Assembly: GCA_964016885.1 (NCBI GenBank)
Contig: OZ024740.1
Span: forward strand, 291,090,001-291,154,000
Length of the DNA stretch: 64,000 nt
Origin: Eledone cirrhosa
Lineage: Eukaryota
Reading direction: 5' to 3'
Made by a program: the position numbers and the translations under genes. The notes below the pieces were generated by a model. It saw only the letters and a list, made by a program, of their open reading frames with translations, ran no database searches and had not been told where the DNA came from. Below, one piece after another: positions 1-12,850 of the stretch; position 1 is the first letter of the stretch; the number at the start of each line of letters is the position of its first letter.

Positions 1-157
1 AATAAATATAACTAAGGCATAAAGCCAGAAAATTATCGGGAGGAATGTAGTCAATTATATTGATTCCAGTATTTGAGATGTACACTATTTTATCTACCTG
101 TCATGGAAGATAAAATTAACCTCAACAGGATTTTTGAAAATTTGGATTGGTCTAGAG

Positions 158-496
158 TAGTGGTTCCCAAAATCATCATCATCATCATCATTATCAACGT
201 TTAACGTCCGTGTTCCACGCTTGCATGGGTTTGGACAGGGGTTTTCCCACTTGAGGCAAGAGTGATTGTCTTGCTCACATAGGACTGTCTGGCAGGTTTT
301 CTACAGTTGGATGCCCTTCCTAACACCAACCACATTTACAGTGTGGGGTTCAGCAAAAGAGTGTCTGGGCTTTGGTGAAAAAAGGTAGAGGAGTATATTT
401 ATATTACAATCATATAACAGTATTAGACTTTGGGGTTCACCGAAAAGTTTCTTAACCAGAAAGGGTTCTGCATTTGAAGACGTTTGGGAAACCCTG
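158..496. mobile_element. hAT (Charlie-type) MITE with a SINE fragment inserted at ~173-345
   Basis: Imperfect TIRs TAGTGGTTCCCAAA ... TTTGGGAAACCCTG; exact 8-bp TSD GTCTAGAG at 150-157 and 497-504. Confidence 0.85.
173..345 (-). mobile_element. RTE-related SINE fragment with (CAT)n tail
   Basis: (CAT)n then TTTAACGTCCG...CATGGGTT and GGATGCCCTTCCTAACACCAAC; same motifs recur at ~3210, 27260, 41680, 42680, 53345. Confidence 0.75.
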
Positions 497-785
497 GTCT
501 AGAGAAGTGGGATGTGCCTATAATCTTCATAATTGCTCTCCCTAAGTGAGGTTGACATGGTTTATGTTCCTTTTGTACAATTGTAAATCAATGGTTATAA
601 AATATACAACTTAGATGTTTCAATTAATTTTGAAAATAATTATGAATCTTGATTATATTAAGCTCATAAACATGAACTCTTTAAAATGGTCAGTTTTGTA
701 TCATAGAACTGGAGATGGCCTCAGACAGATTTATATGAAAAGAGTTAACAGAAAATTTATAATCTTCATGGGTATCATCTTCAAT

Positions 786-1050
786 CTTCTATTTGGCCAG
801 TGTTTTCATATATTCTATTTGGTCACAGTGTTTTCATATACTCTATTGTGAATATTCTATTTGGCCACAGTATTTTCATATATTCTATTTGGCCACAGTG
901 TTTTCCTATATTCCAATGTCAATATTCTATTTAGCCACAGTATTTTCATATATTCTATTGTCTATATTTTATTTGGCCTCAGTGTTTTCATATATTCTGT
1001 TGTCTATATTCTATTTGGCCACAGTATTTTCATATATTTTATTGTCTGTT
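786..1050. repeat. Degenerate minisatellite, core unit ~28 bp
   Basis: Repeated TATTCTATTTGGCCACAGT(A/G)TTTTCATA with variable spacers. Confidence 0.85.
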
Positions 1051-1426
1051 GAGGTTTTTAATTGTAATAGTCACATCCAACACCTTTTTTATAACACAGC
1101 ACTTACTGCTCTAACATTTTATTCTTACTAATGGCTGAATGGTCACATGTGGGTTTTATTCTTGGACAGGGTGTTGTGTTGTGTTCTTGAGCAAAACTCT
1201 TCATTGCCTGCTGCTTCAGTACACACAGATAAAAATAGGTCCTAGCATTAACTGGAAGTTAACACTGTTATGAACTGGTGTCCAGTCCAGGGGGAAGTTT
1301 TGTACTCTTAGTTAATTAACATCAAGGAAACTGGGATAAGCACCTGTCTGATGAGCCTCTTGGCTTGGGACAGACTTTAGATTTTAACTAACTAACAACT
1401 ATTATTGATCTTCTTATGTGTCACCT

Positions 1427-1760
1427 AAGGCAGCAAATTTGCAGTCATTAGAATGTTGAACAGGATACTTTGCCATATTTGTAACAGCTCCTTGCACTCT
1501 GAGTTCAAAAGCCACCAAGATCAACTTTGCCTTTCATCCTTTTGAGGTTGATAAAAAATAAGTACCAGTCTAGTGCTAGGGTCGATCTTCCTCTATATCT
1601 CTTTCTCACTTCCTCTTTATAACTCTCGCTCTCTTCTTCTCTTGTAGAAATTGGCTATGGAGAGGGGATGGGTTCCAATAGGTTTAACATTTTCAAGACA
1701 TGTTGTATGTCACTACATCACCACTAGGACTCCATCAGGAGTAACAGGTTCATACAGTAT
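1427..1760 (+). mobile_element. Degraded SINE with extended 3' part; related copies at 1980-2265 and 22925-23265
   Basis: GAGTTCAAA...CAACTTTGCCTTTCATCC...AAGTACCAGT core followed by a shared tail (GGAGGATTGGGCTC...CAGGAGTTA). Confidence 0.7.
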
Positions 1761-3209
1761 AACATATCTGCTCACTTAATCTTTCTCTAATTAATGTTAT
1801 TATTGCTTCATTTACTATGACCATTCTGTCTTTCTCTCAGACGTAATGTATTGAAAACTACATTATCCAATGTGTCTTTCTTTTTTAAGGCAGTAGGATG
1901 TAATTTGACTGCTATTTCTGGCAGGTTGGTTGAAATTCTCTTATTGGGTTTTCAAACTGGTTGGTATGTTAGCCCTATAATGGCGAACTAGCAGAGTCTT
2001 TAGAATGTCAGATTAAATGCTTTGAAATATTCGTTTTAGCTCTTTCCTTTCTGAGTATCAGTCAAGACTTGGGGACAATTCTTCCTCTATATCTCTTTCT
2101 CATTTCCATTCTCTCACTCTAGTCTTCTCTGGAATAAATCTGCTGTATTCAGACCTGGAGAGGATTGGGCTCTGCCAGGCTTAAAAGTGCCCTAGAAACG
2201 CTGCATGTCAATACAGCACCACTACGACTCCGTCAGGAGTTATGGGACCTTGCATGCATGGTATGTTAGACTCCTCACCCCCACCACAAAAAAATAATGT
2301 TTATTTTCTAATGTTATTATGTGAGTTTATTGTAACACTCTCCTCCATCTTGTGAATTGTGTCTCTTAGGAGTATGCTATGATGCTTCACTTCCCCTGTT
2401 GTAGGAACCAAAGGGGCAATGCTGGCATTGTTTCAAATTATTTATGTATAAATCGACAATTATTTAACGATAAGTGTGAAATATGTGAGAAGGTGGTTGT
2501 TTCTTTGAGAAAACATGCTACATTACAGAGAGAGGGGAGGAGGGATTGAAATAGAGAGATGGAGAAAGAGGGAGAGAGGGGTAGAGAGATTGCTTCCTTG
2601 AGACAATTTGATACATTACAGAGATGGGAGGAGGGGGGTGAAAAATAGACAGAGAGGGAGAGAGAGAGAGAGAGAAAAAGTTAGTTATCACTAACTGGAC
2701 TGACTGATGGACAAACACTAAATAGATTATTCATGATAGTATTGGATTGGTACTTTATTTATCAACCTCAAAAATACCAAGGCATTTTAAATCTGGAGAG
2801 AAGGGGAGATAGTGAAAAAGAGAGACATTGTTTTCTTCTGAGCCATACGAGACATATTCTAGCTGATGTTCCATTCTTCCATTCTTTAAGTACTCTCCTA
2901 AAAATAACTCAGTAATTTACTTCTTAATTTGTATTTAAAGTTAAACTTAAAATCTCACAGACATTTGTTGCCAAAAATCTCTATTTTGCTGATTGGTCTT
3001 TAACTGTCACCATTCACCATGAAGTTATAGAAGCATAGTTTGGAGTTAATTGACAGTATCAGTTAGTTCTATATCTTGCTCAGTTAGTTACACACTTTAT
3101 AGTGGTGAATATAAGCAATTACGGTATTAGGAGTCCTCACATGTCTGTTTAACAATACAGGAAAAGTGGACATAAAAACAATGATGATATTTATATGTAT
3201 ATATATAAA

Positions 3210-3410
3210 ATCATTCATCATCATTTTCGTTTAATGTCAATTTTTTCGAGCTTGCATGGGTTAGATGGGTCGTCCACGCCAGGAGGCAAGTCTGGCCAGG
3301 GTTGGTCATGTGTCGCACCTTGCTCCGGCGAGGACTGTAAATTTGGCTGGGTATTTTACAGCTGGATGCCTTTCCTAACACCAACTACGTTTACAGTGTG
3401 GAACTGGATG
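3210..3410 (-). mobile_element. RTE-related SINE fragment
   Basis: (CAT)n tail, CATGGGTTAGATG and CAGCTGGATGCCTTTCCTAACACCAAC motifs. Confidence 0.7.
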
Positions 3411-3738
3411 GCTCCGTTATGAAGAGGGACAGGCCAGTTGACTGCGGTGAACCCGTTTCACAACGGAACCATGTTTTCGGAGACCAATCCATCACACAGT
3501 AGAACCATAGTTCTGGAACCCGGTACTGGATGGCACCAATACGAGGAGCCTAAACCCATCTCACAGTGTAGCCAGTTTTGGGGCCCAGTACTGGGTGGCA
3601 CTGCTATGAGGGGGGGAAAAGTGCAGAACCAGAGTTTATATATGTTTATGTGTGTATATATATATAACGAAGGAAGTGTGATAAGGGGTGGACCATAACG
3701 CACCAGAGTACTTGATACTTAGGGTAGTAGAGTGGGTA

Positions 3739-3891
3739 ATAGGAAAATGTATGACCCCGACGGTAGAGCTCAAGCCGTTTCGACGGCTATTTCTGGACTA
3801 ATTTAGAATATTCTAAAAATATTCTAAATTAGTCCAGAAATAGCTGTTGAAACGGCTTGAGCTCTGCCATCGGGGTCATATATTTTCCTAT
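3739..3891. repeat. Near-perfect ~150 bp palindrome
   Basis: ATAGGAAAATGTATGACCCCGACGG...TAGAATATT mirrored by AATATTCTA...CCATCGGGGTCATATATTTTCCTAT; the few mismatches are transitions. Confidence 0.95.
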
Positions 3892-4169
3892 ATATATATG
3901 TATATAACTTTGATAGATTTCGGCCAATATTGACCCAGGCCATGTCTAACATAATAGCACACATATATATATGTATATATTTGTATATATATGGAAAAGT
4001 GGACGTAAAAACGAGATGATATATGTATATATATATTTATATCTCTATAAACTTAACTGTCTCTAATACGTAAACATCTCATTAAAAGGATAAGATATAT
4101 TAATAAATTATCCACTCAGAGAAGTAATAAAATATATTAAACTAAAGCCCAATTCTCATTTTGGGGATA

Positions 4170-4303
4170 TAAGCAGATTCGGCTAAAAAAATGTCGGTTT
4201 TAACTTATATGATAATACCCCGACTATGGTTTCTGGAACTCAAGATACAACATTGGGGTATTATATAAGTTAAAACCGACTTTTTTTTAGCTGATTTGGC
4301 TTA
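4170..4303. repeat. Imperfect inverted repeat, ~50 bp arms
   Basis: GCTAAAAAAATGTCGGTTTTAACTTATAT..ATACCCC versus GGGGTATTATATAAGTTAAAACCGACTTTTTTTTAGC. Confidence 0.85.
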
Positions 4304-5020
4304 AGTTTAATATATACATATACCTATATATATGTGTAATAATAAACTTAGGAAAATCAAAGTAAGGACAAGACAACAAACGAAAACAAGGCAAAACGAA
4401 AAACAATTTTTTTAAAGGGAAACCTTAAAAAATTATTTTTTGAAAATAAAAATACAAACGAAAGACACAGAACTCCAGGGTCATCGGCTATTGAGATGGA
4501 CTTTGGCAATTTAGACTCCTACCAACAGTACTGCTGAAGTAAGAGACAAGACAAACAGCAACTTAAAGCAGTTATCTATGACAAGTGAACAGAATTTCGC
4601 TTGACGACACGGGAAAGGTATTGTGCCTCTTATAGCACGAAACTCTCAGGAGTGAAAAGAAGGAAGAAGAAAGCAAGATATCGTGTTAAAAAATGTGAGC
4701 AATTGAAATTAATGGGGTGTCGGGAGAAGAGAAAACACGTTCATCATGTATATATATATATATATATATGCATATATATAAATGTAAGTATGTATGTATA
4801 TAAAATGAAATTTCGTTTTCATTTTATTACAATGCATATATATATATATATATATATATATACTAGCTGACGTACCCAGCTTCGCCCGGGTAAACAGATG
4901 ATAAGAGAAGACAGGTAAAAGAGAAAATGACTGTATTGGTTGTTTGTCTGGTTACAGTATGAGGTGAGTCTGTGGTGTCTGTGTGATACAAAAAAACAGT
5001 AAAAAAAATCTTCCAGATTC

Positions 5021-6025
5021 GGCGATATCCAATTTTAGCTGCCTAAATGGCGCTTACTTGCTGAAGTTGCTGCTTACTTCAATGTATGAGGCTATTCCAA
5101 CAAATTTACATTCCCCCTTTTTATAGCCGTTAAAAGAAATATAGATTTTTTTTTTTTTTTTTTGCGTATTTGCCACTGGGGCATAGATGTCTTTATTTGC
5201 TCCTTTTTTGTTTGTTTGTTTGTTTGTTTGTTTTTTTGCGATTTATTAGCCTTTTGGGGTCACCCCCTCCCCCTCCGTAGAAAGTGTGCGTTACTGTGGA
5301 GAAGGAATTAGAAACAATTTTATCAAAATTCACTGCTATTCTGGAACATACAAAGCGAACTTTGGGTGACATACCAACTTCTGTTGATAATATAAGGAAA
5401 GAAATCAGTGAAAGTATTTATTACATTTTGATTGCATTTTTATTACAACCACTAATACTTACTATTATACCGAGAGGCCCTGCCCGTTCGGGAAAGGCTC
5501 TACAGACACGGATTCCGGGACGGAAACCCCTTGGAAAAGAAATGTCCCAGATGCGTTTGCAACGAGGAAACTGTGGGGATATGTCGCCGGCCAACAAATG
5601 GTCCTCTTCTACCGATACCACTTCGAAAGAAGGACCAAGGGGGAGAAAAAGGCACTCAGTCCCAGCCAATTCCATGAAAGATGGGTGAAAGTAGCAATAA
5701 TGGCCTGTGTAAGTGGGCCATCTCTCTATATTGGCTTGTACAGGTAAGAGAAGGGAGCACCCCCCTCTCTCTGTGCTCCCTGGCAGAAAGGTCGCACACT
5801 TTCTACGGGGGTGTGTGTGACCCCAAAAGGCTAATAAATCGCAAAAAAACAAACAAACAAAAAAAGGGGCAAATAAAGAAATCTATGCTCCATAAATAAA
5901 TCTATATTTCTTTTAACGGCTAAAAAAAGGGGGAATGTAAATTTGTTGGAATAGCCTCATACATTGAAGTAAGCAGCAACTTCAGCAAGTAAGCGCCATT
6001 TAGGCAGCTAAAATTGGATATCGCC
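5021..6025. mobile_element. Non-autonomous long-TIR DNA transposon, Merlin-like
   Basis: TIRs 5021-5290 and 5793-6025 starting GGCGATATCC; exact 8-bp TSD CCAGATTC at 5013-5020 and 6026-6033. Confidence 0.85.
5468..5748 (+). pseudogene. Fragment of L1/Tx1-type LINE ORF2 C-terminus (zf-RVT-like)
   Basis: Manual translation YREALPVRERLYRHG...KCPRCVCNEETV, then a second frame ...ALSPSQFHERWVKVA... Confidence 0.7.
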
Positions 6026-6807
6026 CCAGATTCTTCGTTGTACCGTTTGTGCATAGTATATGAACAATTCTAGGTGCTCCCACCTCTCTAGGAGATGGTT
6101 CAGTTTCTGCCTGACTGTAAAATGTGTATCATTGCATAGATGTGGTTGTTCCACATTTCTCACAAGGATGATGGAAGTTCCAATCTTTTATATTATATGT
6201 AGATATAGATAATTAATATAAAAAATGTCCGTCAATGTAAAAAAGGTCCCTATTTACTTGAAATGGTTTATACAAATGCCAAATTAATATGGATATGGAT
6301 AACATGCTTATCTATAAGTGGTCAGCTATAATAATAAAACAACAAATTATATGACACAAAAATGTATTCAGTAATTTGCAGGCTATTAGCCACTGAGTAA
6401 TAGACAGTCAATGTTGCCCAGAGTTCAACTTGGGGAGGTGGCCTGGTTTGAACTCCAAATGGCGGATCCTTCTACTTCGAAAATAGAATCGTTTTTCAAT
6501 ATTACTCTAGCCCTGGCCGGCCATAGGCACCAAACGTTTTGCCAGACTAGCATATGATGAGGTTTTATTACCACTGCTATCAGAAGCGATAAATTTGAAG
6601 GCAATTTCTACCAATACTTGTTGGTTTTTATTGCTCATTATCGACAATAAATGACATTGAACAGAAATGATGACTCTGTCAAAGCTCACAATACTGATCA
6701 AAGGACACCAATGTCTGAATCATTTACATCGAATATTCGTAGCAGTGAAGGCAATTTCTACCAATACTTGTTGGTATTTATTGCGCAACATAGCAGTGAA
6801 CCAATTT

Positions 6808-9800
6808 TTACCAATACTGTAATACTCTGTTAGTGGTATCAATTGCAAATTTTACACCACCAGGATCGCACACTCGAGATGCAGCAACATACAGTTGCCC
6901 ATGGCTGAATGCTGGATCATTCAAGTAGACACCGACTCGCTTGAAAGTCTGTCCCTGTGCCTTGTTGACAGTCATGAAGAAGGCCAAATTGACGGGAAAC
7001 TGTCTCCTTTGCCAAATGAATGGCAGCAGATCTTCACTTGGTCTCAGCATGATCCTCGGAATGAGAACCGATTCCTCTCTGCCTGGGAGTTTAGCTTCTA
7101 AAACTCTTCCGTTCATCAATCTCTCAACAATCAATCTGGTACCATTGCAAAGACCCATTTTATGATTGATATTTCTAAGCAATATAATCGGCATACCCCT
7201 TTTCAACCTCAAAATATGTGGGGGAAATCCGGGTATTTGAAGTGAATTCAGATACTCAGTCGGAACATCCATATTGTTCTGATGATTAGGCTCCATTGCA
7301 TCCGCACTGACGGTCAACCATTCCTCTCCAGGAAACATTCCGGCTACTTGTGAATTTATTTCATCGACCGTTGCATTCGTATGAGTTAGAATAACGCGTT
7401 CCGATATCCAGGAGATATTCTGCCAAAAAGCATTCAAATTAGGGAACACCCAGTCAACAAATTAGGGAACGCCCAGTCAATCAATGCTTGGCGGTCCAGT
7501 GGCATGACCAAATGGTCTGGGATTCTTACAGTCTGATTATCACCAATGTGTGGCAATTCATCGTTTCCCAACTGCATCAACCGTCGGCCGTGTGTCTCAG
7601 CCTCTTCGTTTTGCCCGAACATACGAAGTCACATGTTATCGTGTAATCGCAAAACTCTGAAATGGCGCCACAACGGGGACTTTTTCAGACATGCATCGAC
7701 AATTTGCGCTCTTTGAGCATTCCTAACAATTGGTAGCACCTGTCTGAAATCGCCACCAAGAACGATAGTTTTACCACCGAATGGTAGGTCACTACCGCAG
7801 ATATCTCTCAAAATTCTGTCCAATGCCTCCAGCAAATATCTGTGTGCCATTGGATCCTCATCCCAAATAATCAGAGACGTATTGCGTATAAGGCCCGCGA
7901 GTTCACTTTGTCCTGTAATGTTACAGACACTCAACTCATCTGGAGCCAATGGAGCATTGAAGCATGAGTGGAAAGTCCTTCCACCACTCAGCAAAGTGGC
8001 AGAGATCCCACTGGTAGCCACAGGGAGAGCAATCTTCCTCTGAGCTCTGACTGCCGATAACATAGTGTTGAAACAGAATGTCTTTCCGGTGCCTCCTGGA
8101 GCATCTATGAAAGCACAAAGTTGCTCATTAGTGGAAATCGAGTGGAGAACGCCATCGCCCAATTCTCTCTGAGATTGAGTCAACATTGGTATACGTTCAT
8201 CCACAATATGTTGCTGTTCCATTGGATCAAACTGGAATAGTTCCCTCCGATCGAGTGGCAACCGTCTAAGCTGCAATCTCATGTTCAATGCTAAGACACG
8301 TTGCCGCATTTCTTCATCAGGAATTGGCAAATTGAAATCTGTTAAACATTTGAAATGAACTTCAAGCAGTTGCTCAATATTGAGCAAAACAATAACTTCA
8401 TCAAATTTTCATCATCGACCTGAAGATGATGCCTAAAATCATCAGCCATAATTCCCTAATGGCGTTCAATTAACTCTCCTGGATCGGCAGGATTGCAGAA
8501 TCCTAGAATCGTGACAAACAACTGCCTTATTTGAGCTGGCATCTCTGTTGTTCCTGCAGCTTCCATGGCGTTATTCCATTCAGCGTCATCCTGAAGGAGT
8601 CCCAGATGCTGACACACAGCCTGGTATGTTTCATATTGCACGCCATTGATTGTTTTCAAATTAGCGAAGCTCTGTTTACCTCTCGAAAAATCATTATGCA
8701 ACAGAATTCGGAGATAAAACACACCACCAAATGCTGGATGGACATTACAAACCCGTCCAATAGTCATGAATCTCAACTTTAGTTTTCTATCATTCCATTT
8801 CTTTCCCTGCTTATCCCACAAAGGGAAATCGCAGTAGAGTTGCCTTTGATCCGGGTTCAAAGCATGTGCCCTATTATGCTTGAATCACTCAGTCAATTCC
8901 GTCTTAGGAGGTGGTGCGTTAGCAATTCTTTCGGCACTTCTTCTAGTGTCCTGAAAACAGACCATTTGCCTATTCTCTAAGTGAACCGTCAGTTTCTGAA
9001 CGCTGGGTTTGTGTTCAAAATCGAACAATCTCCAGTAAGCTTCGCTAGATCAAATCGAGCGAACATCCTGGAACCTGCCAACTTCATGTCCTTGGTTCGC
9101 TTCCTCATTCCTGACATTGACCATTGCCCGATCATGACCTTTGTAAACATATTTGAATAGATATTTGCAAGCTTTCACTGAGCTACAAATTTCCACATTA
9201 ATATGACAACGATATTTCATAATCAAATATGGATTGTATGACACAACCCATTGATTTGTAACCTGTCGACTGTTTACATTTTCGACCAAACCGCCATCTG
9301 CAGGCGACCGTCTTCTGTATGAGGGATGAGCATCCCCATCGTTCCAGGAAGTGTTCGTGACAAAAGATTTCGGAAGTGTTTACTGCATTGGCCATTTTTC
9401 ATGCAAGGCGCTTTCCGATTTGCCATTCCGCATTGGTTGTGCACCATTGACTTTTCCACCAAGTTGCGAAAGTACACAATATCAGGACGGTCCTTTGGCT
9501 GTTGTCCTGGCAAAAGTGCATCCTTAATATCAGTCCATTCAGGATTGCATGCAACCGTTATAAACAAATCTGGCTTTCCAAACTTTCTGACAATAGCCAT
9601 TGCATCCTGATAGCGAATGTTCATATATCTCGGGCCGCCGGTGAACGACGATGGCAAAATGATGCGTCGACCAATATGTTTGTAATTGGCATCATCGGCT
9701 GTTATCGCATCCTGTATATTATTATACAATTCAGCTCTGATATGTTGCTGATGTGTAGTTATATAATTTAGCCTTTGATTTTCGATCTTTGCGAATGCCA

Positions 9801-11172
9801 TACAACAGTATTCCTGGAACAATCTGCTGGCTTGAAATAGTACATTTCTCTGTTGATTCCTCTCGTTCAAATGGAATGCGTAAAAGTCGCGAATCGAATT
9901 ATTGTGTCTATTGCCACCTCCCTGTTGATGCTGATTCTCATGATCATCTAAATGAACAGACATGTTCCATCCATTTTCACCTTTTGGGAATAAAAGAACA
10001 TAATGCAATGGATCGTATGCCCTATTTGACTCATTGATAGTCTTGAGACCACCATCTCTGCGATTGACGACGATATCTCTCGATCCAGGCTTATCGTCCA
10101 TCAACACAGCAACTTCACGAAATCCTTCAGGGGCATTATATCGCCGTTCGTGTTGATTCCTTGGCACTGCGTTAGCCTTAATCACCAATGTTTGCTGCTG
10201 AACATTTTGCAGTTCAGCCACCAACATGAAATCCATAACATAAGGATTACACTGTCTAAGCCATGATTGCAAATCACGGATCAAATCACTTAACCTTTGC
10301 CTTTCAAGTTCAGTTACATTTCCCGGTAACTTCATCCAACCGATCCTGATATCCTCCTCCGATTCACTATAATCTGGATCGTTAACGTAAATTTGAGCGA
10401 ATCGAGGCCTCTCTCCTGGGGTAACTTCTAAATTACCGATGCAATCATACAAACGGCCTTGAATGACTACATTCGGTTGCCATGCTCCACTCTCAAACAT
10501 CTCACTAACTATCTGCGATGCTAAAGCTAATGAATTGTTAATTTGCCTCGAATATTTGCGCAGTAATCTACCTCTGTCTCCTTGATCACCCCACATACTT
10601 AGTATTTTAAACTCCGGTGATTCCTCATCATCCGGCATTCTCAAGGGTTCTAGTTAAACTGCTCCTTTATGACAGCACATTGTGGTCCATGTCTTTTCGT
10701 ACCTCCAAAGCAATGCTCCACAATGTGAACACTCTGCTCGTCCACCACTCTGAAAATGACACGGTTGCCATGATCCAGTTTTAATATCATTCGTTCGCCT
10801 TCTAGCCTCTTTATTGGAATGAGGAGTACTTTGGCGACACATTCTCCTAACTTCTGATTTGCGCTGGCGCTGTTCAGCCAGCTCCTCTTCATCCATCGCA
10901 GCACGCCGTTGCTGCTGAATTCTGGCCATCTGCTGATGATGCTCAGCCAGTTCGTCTTCAACCATCGCAGCACGCCGTCGCTGCTTGGCTCCAGTGTTTC
11001 GTTGGCGTTGTTCAGCCAGCTCCTCTTCATTCATGGTGGCACGTCTTCGCCTCTGAACTTCGGCGTTCCGATGGCGCTGTTCGGCCCGTTTTTCTTCATT
11101 GCTGGCTGCACGCCGTCGCCACTGTAGTTCACTGTTTGATAAAGTTGAATTGCTTTTATTATCAGTATTCAT
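6808..11172 (-). pseudogene. Helitron RepHel (HUH Rep plus Pif1 helicase), frameshifted
   Basis: ORF pieces: CSHC..CC zinc motif, GKPDLFITVACNPEW, KYLFKYVYKGHD, DAPGGTGKTF, GGDFRQVLP, NKAQGQT, FSHGQLYVAASRV. Confidence 0.95.
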
Positions 11173-11758
11173 TTCGAGTAATTGTCAAAAAATGACACAA
11201 TAACACACGCGCACGTACATAGACACGCACACGTTAATAGTTATTGCTTTCCTTCCCCTCTTATTTCCACACACATCACACACACACACACATATACATA
11301 GTGTATAAAAAATGACACAATAATAAATATAAAAGAAAAGTCCCTATTTACTCCCTTCACAACTCTGTATATGTTAGACTGACAGGCAGGCACACAGACA
11401 GATAAACTGCGTGGCGATTGTGGAACGCCACACACTTACACGCACGGAAACGTGCACACGCACGCAAACTTACACACACATGTTGATAATTTTTACTTTC
11501 TGTGGAACGCTGCACGCACGCACACACACATAAACATACGCGCAAGTACATACACATGCACATATGTTAATAGTTATTAAACACAGCGTTCACACTCTCC
11601 CCTCTCACTCCCTCATTGGCATTATGCATATTAATTTCAGTTTGGCGTCATTGAGGTGGGCGGAGTCGTTTGAAACCTATGAACCAATGGTAATCAAGAA
11701 TTATGACACACGGAATACTGACGTTCTTGAAATTAATAAATAGATACATGACGAATGT

Positions 11759-11886
<128 letters not shown>

Positions 11887-12662
11887 AGGATTAAAATACT
11901 GGAGCATGTTGGAGTTAAACACCCTCTTCGTAGTATAGAAATGACAGTAAAAGGTATAGCTCAATGTAATTAAACAGAGCCAAAGAATTATATATATGAG
12001 TGTGTGCGTGGGTAATTATGAATACAAGAAAAACACCACTGTTTTTTAGTGACTCCAATCAAGACCAATGCCTGGTGTGCCCAGAATGCCAAATTTGGGA
12101 ATAAATTCATATTTCCACAAAAAATTAACATAACGAACTTGTATATAGTTCGCTGGAAGTGTTTTGGCAAGCTGCAATTGATGGTGTTAAAACTATTCAA
12201 AGAAAACATCTAATTTTGAAAATATAACTTGAATTCTTTTTCTGACATTTGCTGCAAAAATTGGTTAATTACCATGATTTGTGGTTGGTGGAAAAATAAA
12301 TGTATTAGATTTGTAAACTTCATAAGGATGAGTTTGGCACACTTAGAGAAGCAGTTTTTTTCTATGGCAGTACAATATCAATTTTGTTTCCACCATGAAA
12401 GAGGAAGACAAAAAATGTTGTGCATAGTTTAATGCAAAAAACAACAACAAAAACAGAAGTAGAGAAGATATCAGACAAGAGTATCTGGTGCAATATTCTT
12501 TCTGTTCATCTGACAAGAGGAAATGCTGTGATTCATAACTGTCGACAGGAAAGGCCCTTCAACCATATTTCGTTCTGAAATGTATTCAGTATCAGTGGTG
12601 AATATGATGTGTTGATGATAAGTGTTTGAATTCAAGTTTTGAATTTAAGTGTCTGCATAGAT

Positions 12663-12850
12663 ATTTAATAACATTTCTTTTTTAGCTTCATCATGTGATG
12701 GAATAATGAGGAAGCTCATGAGCAGTTTGTTATTTATACAAACTCTTTAGCCCACAATTTAATAACATTTCTTTTTTAGCTTCATCATGTGATGGAATAA
12801 TGAGGAAGCTCATGAGCAGTTTGTTATTTATACAAACTCTTTAGCCCACA
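12663..12850. repeat. Exact 94-bp tandem duplication
   Basis: 12663-12756 equals 12757-12850. Confidence 0.9.

Noticed and set aside
615-1131. Hydrophobic membrane-like ORFs
   Set aside because: Mostly translation of the ~28-bp minisatellite; splice signals weak
5284-5852. 134-aa and 143-aa ORFs as a transposase
   Set aside because: No DDE motifs; the meaningful frames are LINE remnants
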